A DNA stretch of 64,000 bases. It comes from the human T2T-CHM13v2.0 reference genome, Homo sapiens. Below the pieces are notes generated by a model, which was not told the origin of the DNA, searched no databases, and saw nothing but the letters and a program-made list of their open reading frames with translations. Positions 1-12,180 of the stretch are shown in pieces (position 1 is the stretch's first letter; every line of letters starts with the position of its first letter). Location: assembly GCF_009914755.1 (NCBI RefSeq), contig NC_060947.1; one strand, written 5' to 3'. A program made the position numbers and the translations under genes.

Positions 1-697
1 CACCTGGTCAACCTCAGGTATGGGAAGGCGAGAGACATCTGGTCCACCTTAGACATTGCAAGGAGACAGCCACCTGGTTGACCTCAGGCATGGGAAAGAG
101 AGAGACATCTGGTCGACCTTAGACATTGCAAGGGGACAGCCACCTGGTGGACCTCAGGCATAGGAAGGCGAGAGACTTCTGGTCAACGTTAGACGTTGAA
201 GGGGACAGCCACCTGGTCTACCTCAGGCATGGGAAGGCGAGAGACATCTGGTCGACCTTAGACATTGCAAGGGGATAGCCACCTGGTCGACCTCAGGTAT
301 GGGTCAGCGAGAGACATATGGTAGATCTTTCACGTGAAAAGGCCTGAGCTATCTGGTTGACCTTAGATATGGGAAGGTGAGAGAAATCTGGTAGAACTTA
401 GTCAAGGGAAGGCGAGAGACCTCTGGTCCACCTTAGACATTGCAAGAGGACAGCCACCTGGTCGACCTCAGGCATGGGGCGTCGAGAGACATATGGCCAA
501 GCTCAGGCATGGGAAGGCGAGAGACATATGGTAGATCTTTGACGTGAGAAGGCCTGAACTATCTGGTCGACCTTAGATATGGGCAGGTGAGAGACATCTG
601 GTAGACCTTAGTCAAAGGAAGGCGAGAGATATCTGGTCAACCTTAGACATTGCAAGGGGACAGCCACCTGGTTGACCTCAGGTGAGGGAAGACGAGA
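1..697. repeat. 35-bp monomer tandem satellite (about 20 monomers, open at window start)
   Basis: Monomers start at 1,36,71,106,141,176,210,245,280,315,350,385,420,455,490,525,560,595,630,665. Type A is cacctggtcgacctcaggcatgggaaggcgagaga and type B is catctggtcgaccttagacattgcaaggggacagc. Confidence 0.95.
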
Positions 698-1038
698 AAC
701 AAAAATTTGCGAATTGGGCAGCTTTCTGATCCAAAGTCGTCTTAGAGACTCCAGCACAGCTACATGGAGGAAAAACATTTATAGACAGAAAAAGGAAAGT
801 GAGGTATAAAACTAGAACTGAAGTACAGAAACGACTGGATTGGTTATAGCTCAGTGTTTGCCTTATTTGAATATGGTTTGAATATGTGGCCACCTTCGGC
901 CAAAACTCAGTGACTGGCACAAGAGTAGGCTACAGTCTGTTTTTAACTCTATTTAGGTATAGTTTACGATGTATAGAGAAACCTTTAGGCCAAACATAAA
1001 ATATGTAAGGAGGAAGCTTTAGGCTAAACTTGATTTAA
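695..1038 (-). mobile_element. MER57-type ERV1 LTR, 3'-truncated
   Basis: Reverse complement begins ttaaatcaagtttagcctaaagcttcctccttacatatttt, matching the recalled MER57 LTR start. The LTR 3' end is replaced by the satellite. Confidence 0.8.
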
Positions 1039-1039
1039 A

Positions 1040-4000
1040 TCTTCTTTTGAGGAATGTCTATTCACATCCTTTGGCCGCTTTTTGATGGGATTATTTGCTT
1101 TTTTTTTTTCTTGCTGATTTGAGTTCCTTGTAGACTCTGGATACTAGTCATTTTTTTTGGATGCATAATTTGCAAATATTTTCTCCTGCTCTGTGGGTAG
1201 TCTGTTTATTCTGATGATTATTTATTTTGCTATGCAGAAGCTTTTTGGTTTAATGAGGTCCCATTTATATTTGTTTTTGTTGCCTTTGCTTTTGGAGTCT
1301 TAGTCATGAATTCTTTGCCTAGGCCAATGTTCAGAAGAGATTTTCCAATATTATCTTCGGAGATTTTTATGGTTTAAGGTCTTAGATTTAAGTCTTTGAT
1401 CCACCTGGAGTTGATTTTTATGTACAGTGAGAGACGGAGATCCAGTTTTATTCTTCTACATGTGACATGTGGCTAGCCAGTTTTCCTAGCAGCATTTAAT
1501 GAATCGGGTGTCCTTTCTCCAATTTATGTTTTTTTAGGCTTTGTTGAAGATCAGTTGGCAATATGTATTTGGGTATATTTCTGGGTTCTCTATTCTGTTC
1601 TATTCGTCTAAGTGCCTATTTTTATAGCACTACAGTGCTGCTTTGGTAACTATACCCTTGTAGTACAATTTGAAGTTTGATAATGTGATTCCTCCAGATT
1701 TGTTCTTTTTGCTTAGTATTGCTTAGGCTTTATAGGCTTTTGTGGTTTTATATAAATTTTAGATTTTTTAAAAAACGAGGATGGTATTTTGATATAAATT
1801 TCATAAAATCTATAGATTGCTTTTGGCACTGTGGTCATTTTCACAATATTGATTCTTCCCATCCATGAGCATGAGATGTATTTCCATTTGTTTCTGTCAT
1901 CCATGTTTACTTTCAATAGTGTTTTGTAGTTTTCCTTGTAGATATCTTTCACCTCCTTGGTTAAGCATTTTCCTATATATTTTTATTTTTCGGCAGCTGT
2001 TGTAAAAGGGATGGAATTATTGATTTGATTGATTGCCCACTTGGTTGTTGTTGGTGTATAGCAGTGCTACTGATCTGTGTACTTTGAATTTGTAGCCTAA
2101 GACTTCGCTGAATTTGTTTATCAGATCTAGGAGCCTTTTGGATGAGTCTTCATGGTTTTCTAGGTATACGAATGTATCAGCAGCAAACAGCAACAGTTTG
2201 ACTTTCTCTTTTCCAATTTGGATGCCCTTTATTTCCTTCTCTTGCCAGATTTCTCTGACTAGGACTTCCAGTACTATGTTGATTAGTAGGGACATGGATG
2301 AAGCTGGAAACCATCATTCTCAGCAAACTATCACAAGGACAAAAAAAACCAAACGTAGCATGTTCTCACTCATAGGTGGGAATTGAACAATGAGAACACT
2401 TGGACACAGGAAGGGGAACATCACACACCGGGGCCCGTTGTGGGGTGGGGGGAGGGGGGAGGGATAGCATTAGGAGATACACCTAATGTAAATGACGAGT
2501 TAATGGGTGCAGCACACCAACATGGCGCATGTGTACATATGTAACAAACCTGCACGTTGTGCACAGGTACCCTAGAACTTAAAGTATAATTAAAAATTAA
2601 AAAAAAGGAAATGGTAAAAATGAGAATTATTGACTTGTTCCAGGTCTCAGGGGGAATGCTTTCAATTTTTCCCCATTCAGAATAATGTTGACTGTGGGTT
2701 TGTCATACATGCCTTTTATTACTTTGAAGTAAATCGTTTCTATGCCTATTTTGTTGAAGTATTTTATCATAACAAGATTCTGGATTTTATCAACTGTTTT
2801 TTCTGCATTTATTAAGAGGATCATATGGTTTTTGTCTTTAATTTTGTTTTTGTGATGTATTACATTTATTAACTTGCATATGTCAACCCATCTCTGCATG
2901 CCTGGGATGATGAGACCCACTTAATCATGATGTACTATTTTTTTGAGGTGTTGTTTGATTCAGCTTATGTCCTTTCCTGGTTTTGGTATTAGAGTGATAC
3001 TGGCTTTATAGAATACTTTAGCGAGTATTGTTTCTTTTTCTTTCTTTTGAAATAGTGTCTGTAGAATTGGTACCAATTCTTCTTTGAATATCTGGTAAAA
3101 TTCAGCTGTGAACACATCTGGTCCTGGCCTTTTTTTGTTGACTATTTTTATTTTATTTTTACTGATTGAATCTTGCTGCTTATTATTGGTCTATTCAGGG
3201 TTTCTATTTCTTCCTGATTTAATCTATGTGGGTTGTACGTTTCCAGGACTTTATCCATTTCCTCTAGATTTTCTAGTCCATGCACGTAAAGGTGTTCCTA
3301 CTAGCCTTGAAAAATATTTTGTATTTCTGTGGTATTTGCTGTAATATCCCCAGTTTTATTTTTAATTGAGCATATTTGGATCTTTTCTCTTATTTTCTTG
3401 GTTAATCTCACAAATGGTCTATCAATTTTATCTTTTAAAAAATACCTTTTTGTTTAATTTGCTTTTGTATTTTTTTGTTTCAAATTCATTTACTTCTGCT
3501 CTGATCTTTGTTATTTCTTTTCTTCTGCTCGTTTTGGGTTTAGTTTGTTCTTGTTTCTCTAGTTGCTTGAGATATGACATTAGGTTGTCAACTTGTGTTC
3601 TTTCAGACGTTTCGATGTATGCATTTCATGCTATGAACATTCCTCTTAGCACTGCTTCTGCTGTATCCCAGAGGTTTTGATAACTTTTGCCACTGTTATC
3701 ATTCCTTTCAAATAATTTTTAAATTTCTATCCTCATTTCATTATTAACCCCAAGTCATTCAAGAGCAGATTATTTAATTTCCATGTATTTGTATAATTTT
3801 GAGGGTTTCTTTTTTTGATTTCCAGTTTTATTCCTCTGTGGTCTGAGAAGATACTTAATATATTTTTAATTTTCTTAAATGTATTGAGATTTGTTTTGTG
3901 GCCTATCATATGGTCTATCTTGGAGAATGTTCCACGTGCTGATGAATAGAATGTGTATTCTGCAGTTGTTGGAAAGAGTGTTCTGTAAATATTTGTTAAG

Positions 4001-4465
4001 TCCTTTTGTTCTAGGGTATAGGTTAAGTCCATTGTGTCTTTGTTGACTTTCTGTCTTGATCTATCTAGTGCTGTCAGTGGATTATTGAAATCCCCCGCTA
4101 TTATTGTGTTGCTGTCTATCTCATTTCTAGGTCTAGTAGTACTTGTTTTATATATCTGGGAGTTCCAGTGTTAGGTGCACATTAATTTAAGACTGTAATA
4201 TCTTATTGGACTGATCCTTTATGATTATACAATGTCATCTTTTTTACTGTTGTTGATTTAACATATTTTTTGTCTGATATAAGAATAGCTACTCTTTTTT
4301 GTTTTTGGTTTTTAATAGCATGGCACATCTTTTTCTACCTATTTACATTGAGTTTATATGAATCCTTAAGTGTTAGGCGAGTCTCTTGAAGACAGCAGAT
4401 ATTTGGTTGGTGGCTTTTTACCCATTTTGCCATTCTGTATCTTTTTAAGTGGAGCACATAGGCCA
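1040..4465 (-). mobile_element. Old L1 (L1PB/late L1PA-like) ORF2 region, degenerate, interrupted by a younger L1
   Basis: Minus-strand ORFs with L1 ORF2 motifs: SSARGTFSKIDHMIGHKT (3733-4032), [15 protein letters not shown] (2627-2920), [11 protein letters not shown] (2017-2295), [11 protein letters not shown] (1713-1952). Many stops and frameshifts. Confidence 0.93.
2287..2606 (+). mobile_element. L1PA5-like 3' end inserted in the older L1
   Basis: gggacatggatgaagctggaaaccatc...ccctagaacttaaagtataat plus A-tail. The host L1 resumes at about 2630. Confidence 0.92.
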
Positions 4466-5480
4466 GCTTTACCTGTAATTATTTCTCTCAAAGACATTCC
4501 TAGAATGGATCAAGTCTACATGAAATAGTGTGAATGTTTTTAATATTCTTGATATATAGTGCTATATTGCTTCCCATAATGATTTTACCTGTTTATCATG
4601 TCACCTGTTATGGAAGCCTATATGTTAATTGGTCTTACTATCATCTTCAAAATAATTCTTGCTATTTTTGTTATCAAAATTTTATTTTCATTTGAATTTC
4701 TTTATTATAAATAAAGTTCAGTACTTTTTTTTAGTAATTATTAGGTCTGAATCTACAACTATGTGAGCTCTTCTTGGGATAGGGTACTGGACACATCATA
4801 TTTCAAATGTCATTAAAGAGACCTGTTACTTAAGCTCTGACTGATTATTTTTCTCTTTCCTATTTTTCTGTACTTTGGTGTATTTCTAAAGAGATTTGAC
4901 ATCTTTGATTTGGCCACATACTCCCAATTCTTTAAAATTCTTAATGCTTCTTTCAGAAAGCTGTCCTAAATTTTGAGAATTAGTGAAAATAGTTGCATGC
5001 CCTTTCCAAGTACAGACTGTTATATTTACATATACTTCATTACTTCTTGAACTTGGGAAACCACTGGTCATTGCATATTTTTTATTAAAATTTGGAAAGC
5101 ATATGGAATGTACATAACCGAAGTTGCCTTAACATCCAGGATTTAATTTATCTTGCTTTATTCATTTAAAATGTTATGTAAGGACCTTGCCAATGTTTAA
5201 GTAGATCAACTATTGTCATCAGTTGGGCTAGTTTCTATTTGTGTTATTCCTATCATGCGTTCCTTTATAATTCTCTACAAAAGACCATTCTTTTAAAAAT
5301 AGACATATAAGATTATTTTTAGCAACAGTAGGAATGACAAATGAGTTTCACCTATTGTGCAAACTTCAATCAATTGATAGTAGTTGCCAAGTGCACAGTA
5401 TTGAGGAGAATTCTGAGGCTTCTTCAAAGCTTACTAGAAAAGATAGCCATGATTTTTTAATGACACCTATTACAATTGGA

Positions 5481-5512
5481 TGTGTGTATGTGTGTGTGTG
5501 TGTGTGTGTGTG
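5481..5512. repeat. (TG)n microsatellite
   Basis: Directly visible. Confidence 0.95.
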
Positions 5513-6755
5513 TAAGATAGAAGTTATGTACTTTCCATTCCTGAATGATAATTAACCTAGAATTTTTAAAACTGTAACATCCCTTAAAATATACTAATTA
5601 TAATTATTGTCAGATTATATGCTAAAAAGACTAGCATATTGTACCTTTCCTATTGCATGGAACTTAAAATATGCTTAATAAATTTTGACTACATATGTGT
5701 AACTTAAACTCACAAAAATATGCCCTGCATATATTTTAAAAGCCCTGTGTAATAGCTGATATAATTCTGCATACTGGGATATATGATTTTAAAGTGAGTT
5801 AATAAACATGAGCAAGTGAAATCATTGATATGTTTGTGATTCCATATTATTTTATAATTACAAGATAAAACTACTTTAAATAACGCTTGAATCCCTAAGG
5901 ATACTTAAACCACTCAATTGAGTGTGCTAAGCTTATAGTAAGTCAAAGTTGCTACTCCTTTAGCATAATGTATTAGAAAAAAATTAATTTTAAATAATGT
6001 TTTCCAAATACTTAGTTTATGTTCAGAACTACAGTTTTCCAGTTTTTGTCTTGTTTTTAAACAAGGGTAAAGTAAGACACAATTGTTGTTTGATGTCAAT
6101 ATGAAGAACATACATGTGTTTTAAAGAGGATATTGGTAGTGGAGCAGGAAAAAGGGGAGTGAACAAGGTGGATTAGAGAAATAAAGCCTATCTGAGAAAT
6201 GAGATTTTTGAGTTTATTGTAGAAACATAGTCAGCTTAGATGACTAAGGAGACAGTGTAATGAAAGTCAATGGAGATGTCAGTAACTGAATACATATGAA
6301 ATAATTATAATGTGGAAATTATAATTATTTTAAGCAGTATTTTCGTGAAGAAATAATAAAGCAATAAAGCATTGTTTAGAGTGGGCTGTAAATTTCAAGA
6401 ATAGGGTATTTTCTCTATAAGCATTAAGAAGCTTTAAAATGAATAAGGTAGAATGTGAAGATAATTTTGCTGATTTCTGGCCATTTGATGCTTAGTAAAT
6501 CTCACAAAGGTGCTACTTGTTTGCCGCATGCACATAGGTGACACATTTTTTAAAAATATTTAAGACTGGGAAAAGTAATGTAGTTAGCCTTAAGGTTAAG
6601 GGTAAGACTTCTGGGTTCAGATTTTGCCTCTGCCATTTAATAGCTCTGCGACCTTGGACAAGTTATTTAACTTCTCTTTACTTCAATTTTCTCATCTGTA
6701 AATTAAGGATGTACACATGTTTTAAGGAATAAGTAAGTTCTTATTTAGAAGTCAC

Positions 6756-7228
6756 TGTAGGGGAGACAGAACTTTTCTTCTATCCTCTGAGGGTTTGATA
6801 ATTGCGTCTTTGAAATAAATGGACAATAGACATATTAGCAGGACAAAAGATCCCAAATTTATTACGTGCATGGGGGCATCACAGAAAAAGAAAAGTGAAT
6901 ACCCCAAAACCCAGTGAGATATAGAAGCTTATATGCCTTCTTCATAAGGGAAAGTCAATGATTTGGAGGAAAGATAAGGGGGTCGTTAGAAGAATGGGTA
7001 GCAGCCCGTCTGCGAGTGGTGTAGACATCCATTTTCCTCACCTTTAATCCAAGTTAATTCTTCCTGGAGAAAGGAATCATGACAATTGCATTCATTTTGT
7101 AGAATCTGTCTATAGGCAGATAAGGGAAATTCAGAAAAATCTCCTCCATGCGTTTGCTGTTTCCTGACTGCCCTCAGTTTGATATTCAAAGTTGTATATT
7201 TTGGGGTGGCATTTCCTGAACTCTTTCA
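6756..7228 (-). mobile_element. Solo ERV1 LTR (MER31/MER34/MER67 group) inserted in a MIR
   Basis: TG...CA termini and 4-bp TSD tcac (6752-6755, 7229-7232). The reverse complement begins tgaaagagttcaggaaatgccaccccaaaat. MIR core lies at about 6600-6720. Confidence 0.75.
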
Positions 7229-7367
7229 TCACTTAGAATAGTGACTGACATGTGACAATTCATCTATAAATAATAGCAAACCCTTCATACACACCCTCAT
7301 GTGGTTAGTCCTTGTAAATAATAGTATCACCTCCACACACCACCACCATCCCTATATGCTTAATCTC

Positions 7368-7893
7368 TGTTGTCAAAGAGGAAAAAATTACTTCCTTCCA
7401 CCCTCCTTGATTCTTTGGCTGGGCTACAGGAGTAAGAACATATTTAAATGCTTGCATCCACATGGGAGTTACATAAAACATAAGACTCAAAGAAGAGCCA
7501 GATGATTAAAACTTACATAATAACATCCTGAGCTACAGAAAGGAATAGGTGATTGGGACTTCGGAGGTTGTGGTAGCCACAAGTTATGGGAGGTTAAGGG
7601 GAGAAATGTATGGTGCATAAAGATTATCATGTCATGTAGTTTAAAAAAAAATCTCTTAGGTAATAAAAGTTGTCTTGCAGCAGCCCTCTTCCTGATACAG
7701 ATACTTTTGCTAATGTAGATTTCTTTTATACATGCAAATTTTCTTTACAAAAGGGTAGTTTTTCAGAGTTACTCCGGTGTCTGTAGTTTCTCAGAATAAC
7801 TAGCTAAAAATATGCCAAAGAACTCTATTTTGGTGTGGTATATTCTGGTCTTCTAGAGTCATATTTTGAGGTGGTGTTTTCTGAGCCCTGGCG
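7368..7893 (-). mobile_element. ERV1 LTR (MER67/MER31-like)
   Basis: Ends ...atattttgaggtggtgttttctgagccct, the reverse complement of a MER4-group LTR start. Subfamily and boundaries are approximate. Confidence 0.55.
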
Positions 7894-8698
7894 CTGGAGA
7901 ATCTCATTCTAACATGTCAGTAAATATTGGGGGTTAGCAGGAGTGGCACAGTAATATGAGCAAATAAGATTTTCTCTGACCTAGTTATTATTATATACAT
8001 TTGAAAGCTAAGAAAACAAAGACTGAGAGATATAAGTAATTTTCCCCATTCACACAGCTTGAAAATAGCAGAGGCAGTTTTTGAAACCATATGCAACACC
8101 GAAGCTCAAGCTTCACACACACAGCGATGCTTTCTGCCCCTCCAGTACCTTTTGGTTCAAGAGAGGCCAGCTGTTCCTAAAACCATTCCTATCCATGATG
8201 CAAGTAACACTGCTGAGTGCTATCTGGAGAAAAGATAAATAAACTGGAGATTAGTGGAAGTATATTTTCAGCTTTTTCCTCTTCCTCAACTGCTTCCTGT
8301 TCCTTGCCCTGCAATTGCTAAAATACTCAGAATGCCTTTCCTAGCCTCATCATAGCTGCTAACAGTTTTCCTTTAGTAATGGGATGCCCCCCAAGGAGTC
8401 TCCCCTTCCTGAGGTGCTGACTTATAATTATATTCCTGTATCCTGCTTACTGCTGCCATCAGTGTGTACAGGTTCTGTTATTGTCTCTTTAGGAGTAGCA
8501 GTAGTAGTAGCAGCAACAGCAGCTCAAACCAAAGCAGTGTCCAATTAACAAGTCTCTTTTCGCTTGTTCAAATAGCCGCTGTTTTAGCATTCAGTCCCAC
8601 TTGTCTCTTCATGAAAGTGCTCATGACTGTAAAGAAGATGCATTTCAAATACATACACTGGATAAGTTGTGGAAAGACACCAATAAAATGCCCAGTCA

Positions 8699-8971
8699 AC
8701 AGTCCCCGGTGTGTGATGTTCCCCTTCCTGTTGTGGGGTGGGGGGAGGGGGGAGGGATAGCATTGGAGATATACCTAATGCTAAATGATGAGTTAATGGG
8801 TGCAGCACACCAACATGGCACATGTATACATATGTAACTAACCTGCACGTTGTGCACATGTACCCTAAAACTTAAAGTATAATAATAATAAAATTAAAAA
8901 AAAAGAAAAAAAGAAATAAAAATATCAATATTGGTAAAAATAAATAAATAAATAAAAACAAAAATAAATAC
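8699..8971 (+). mobile_element. L1PA3-like 3' end with short 5' inversion
   Basis: 8699-8731 is antisense L1 3'UTR, then sense L1 to ctaaaacttaaagtataat. TSD aatgcccagtca at 8687-8698 and 8972-8983. Confidence 0.93.
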
Positions 8972-11296
8972 AATGCCCAGTCAGATGTGATCGTTATCAT
9001 TTAAGGAATAAAGTAGAAAAATAATTTCCAATTTAGAGAAGGAGAATGTGTGGGTAAGAAACTAGAATCCTAGGTTGGAGTTCTGAATTTGTCATGTACT
9101 CGGTGTGTGATAAAAGCCAGTCACCTGCTCCTTTCTCCTAACCTAAAATAGCTTCTCTTAATGTAATTAGGTTTCTTGCAATGAAAAATGGGAATCAATC
9201 CCAATGTCTTCCTTAATATCCTGAAAACATTTTTGTAAGGAGCAAACAGATGAATTGTAAAGAATTATACACATGCACAGTGTGATATGTGGTTGGGCTA
9301 TAACTATTTTCCAAGAGTGTTTTGAAAATAGGAGAATAGTTTTCTTCTTAGTACCAGCCCACGGGCTGTTTTCTTCTAAAAAGTATGAGTCAGGATTGTA
9401 TCTTGAAATCCTAAATAGAACTTGGGTAAGAAACAGACAACTCAGAGGAATATGAGTAACATAATTCTCGATAAGTACTTGCTTTTTCTCCAAAGATGGC
9501 TAATGGTATATTATTACTATTCAAAAGTCTCCTGGGAGAAAAATGCATAGATGTTTCTCTGGGTAATTAAAATGAGAGTTGCCAAGTAAAGGGGATAACA
9601 GAAAGGTAAAGGTAATTCAAAACAAAGCTATTGGAGTGCCTGAGTAGGCAGAAATGTAAGGTAACAGAGGAACCACTTTTACAATAGGCAAAATGTGCTT
9701 CTGGCTGGCATTCTGTTATGTTAATCATGCATCTCTGCCACACCAGGATCACTGTCCTTTAAAAATATCCTTTGGAGTATGCTTTGCTTTCTCTAAGCCA
9801 TCATGGAAATCATACATGCTTTTATTATTAATACATGTTTTTCTTACTGACAATAGGAGTCAAAAATGCTAGCATATACAAGGCAAATTTTCTCAATGAT
9901 AATGTGAGTACAGAGCAGATCCTTCATTTTCATTTTGTCAAAGTACACCTGCATGACACACACCCACACATGCGCATGAACACACACACACACACACACG
10001 ACAAAACATATCCCTACCATTGGCAATAATAACAGAGGCCAGAAGTCCTGCCATATCAGAAGCGTATTCACTTTGTAATTCAGCTCTTCTCCAATCATTT
10101 ACATCTTTTTTTAGGTTAGTTCAGTTGTTTTGAATTGAATTGACTTCAATTCAAATTCAGAATTGAAGTATGAGGAAAATCTGACTTGTTCTAGACTTGA
10201 GCTGCCATATACTTATAGGTTACCACCTAATTCCTTCTGGACGTTTTTACTATTCTTAGGCTTAAATTCTGTGACACAGTCAACTACAAAAGACATTTAT
10301 TGGAAAAAACTTTCCAATGATCAATGACACATGTCCATTAAGTATCACAATTTTTTTAACTAAGAGCAATCAAAAACAATTAAACTTGATTTTAATGGAC
10401 TTTTTAATGTGGTGAATATTCTTTACTCAATACCTGCTATCTGTCTAAGCAAAAGAACAACATTTTAATAACGTTGTATTTCTGAGTAAACAGAATCATA
10501 AGAATATGCTGTAACATATTATTGGAATGAAAAGTTTTAATCTCAAGATTATAGTTCAGACTTAAAAAAATAATTCTTATTTCATGTATGTCATTCAAAG
10601 ATAAAATCTTCTCCAATAAAATTATCAGATGTTTCAATTTGAATTTTAGGTGGAAATATAAAACCCCATGTACAATACTAAAAACAAAATAAAGTAAAAA
10701 AAAAAAAAAGCTATGGTGATTCCACTATCTATGGTCATGTAGAAGCAAGCTGACTTCATTTCCCTTTCTCTCCTGCAAAACCAAATACGAATTCACTCTG
10801 CCAAGGTTACCAACAACAATATCCTGGAAATAAAATATGAGATGAGACAGTTTTCAAGGCTGCAAATGTAAATTTGAGTTAATATTAGAAACTATATAAT
10901 ATGTAGCATGAATAGGACAATGGAAAAATATGAAAATGTAGATAATTATTAAAAGGTATTAAACTTTCTATAAAACCAGGAAGATGACAATTTAAAAATG
11001 AATCATTTTTAAATGACTGAAAAATATCTTTCAGGCAATTGCCACAGTACATGTACTGTGGAAATACTATCAACATTCCTATGCAAGTCGGGAATAAGAC
11101 AAAAACACATACCAGGACTAAACTTATTTGGCATTACTCTGAAAATTAAAGCTAACATAAGATATCAGACATCTGGAGACAATATTATTATTAATTGAAG
11201 ATCATTTGAATATTTACCAAAACAAAATACAACAAAACCAAAGCAAGATAATTCATTGATAAAGTACGAGAAATCAGAAATAAGACTTCCACTAAG

Positions 11297-11997
11297 GCAG
11301 CAATTCCCAAAGTGTGGTCCCCAGACCAGCAGCGTCAGCATCACCTGAGCATTGTTAGAATACCAATTTTCATTTTAACTGGGGTGAGATGATAGCTCAT
11401 TGTAGTTTTGATTTGCATTTCTCTGATGATCAATGATGTTGAGCACATTTTCGTATACCTGTTTGCAATGTGTATGTCTTGAACTTATGGACATAAAGAG
11501 TAGAAGGATGGTTACCAGAGGCTGGGAAGGGTAGTGGGGTATTGTAGGGGAGGTGTGGATAGTTAATGGGTACAAAAAATATAAAGGATGAATAAGATCT
11601 ACTACTTGGTAGCACAATAGGGTGACAGTAATAAAGAATAATGTAATTATATGTTTTAAAATAACTTAAAGAATGTAATTGGATCATTTGTAACTCAAAG
11701 GATAAATGCTTGAGGGAGTGGACACCCCATTCTCCATAATGTTCTTATTTTACACTGCATCCCTGTATCAAAATATCTCCTGTATCTCCATTAATATATA
11801 TGTGATTACCTAATATGTACCCACAAGCAATTTTAAAAAAATCTTAAAAAATTTTAAAAAGAAATCTGAACATTGGTCCAGAATCTACCCCAGGTCTGTT
11901 GAATCAGAGACTCTGGGGCTGAGGCCCAGAAAGCTATGACTTAAGAAGCCCCATCACGTGATTAGGGCTCATGTTAATAATTCCAGAACCAGTGATC
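11297..11997 (+). mobile_element. MER5A DNA transposon fossil split by an L1
   Basis: caaagtgtggtccccagaccagcagcgtcagcatcacctg (11308-11349) and gaatcagagactctgggg...agaaccagtg (11900-11995). Confidence 0.75.
11372..11862 (+). mobile_element. L1MA-type 3' end with inverted 5' segment
   Basis: 11372-11480 is antisense ORF2 end (ttgatttgcatttctctgatgatc). 11481-11860 is sense 3'UTR (gagtagaaggatggttaccagaggctgggaaggg) to an A-rich tail. Confidence 0.85.
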
Positions 11998-12092
11998 TAA
12001 AGCAATAGATATAAAAAATGAGGAAAGCCTTCTCTGTTTCCTCAAAATAATCAGTGAAAAATATAATGGAAAATATCTCATTCTCAATGATG

Positions 12093-12180
12093 TAGTATTG
12101 CCAGATTTAACCAAAAGGAAAAAAGTCATTCAGGCAACCCAATTAAATTTGAATTTCAGAAAATCAATGCATAATTTCAG
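12093..12180 (+). mobile_element. MER53-like hAT fragment
   Basis: ttgccagatttaacc...caattaaatttgaatttcaga. Confidence 0.5.

Noticed and set aside
1-697. CRISPR-like array (about 35-bp periodicity, palindromic core)
   Set aside because: The alternating units are themselves repeated and homologous to each other, so there are no unique spacers. There are no cas genes and the context is primate DNA.
1-697. Repetitive protein-coding exon
   Set aside because: The 35/70-bp period is not a multiple of 3, one monomer has a 1-bp deletion, and the ORF track shows no ORF spanning it.
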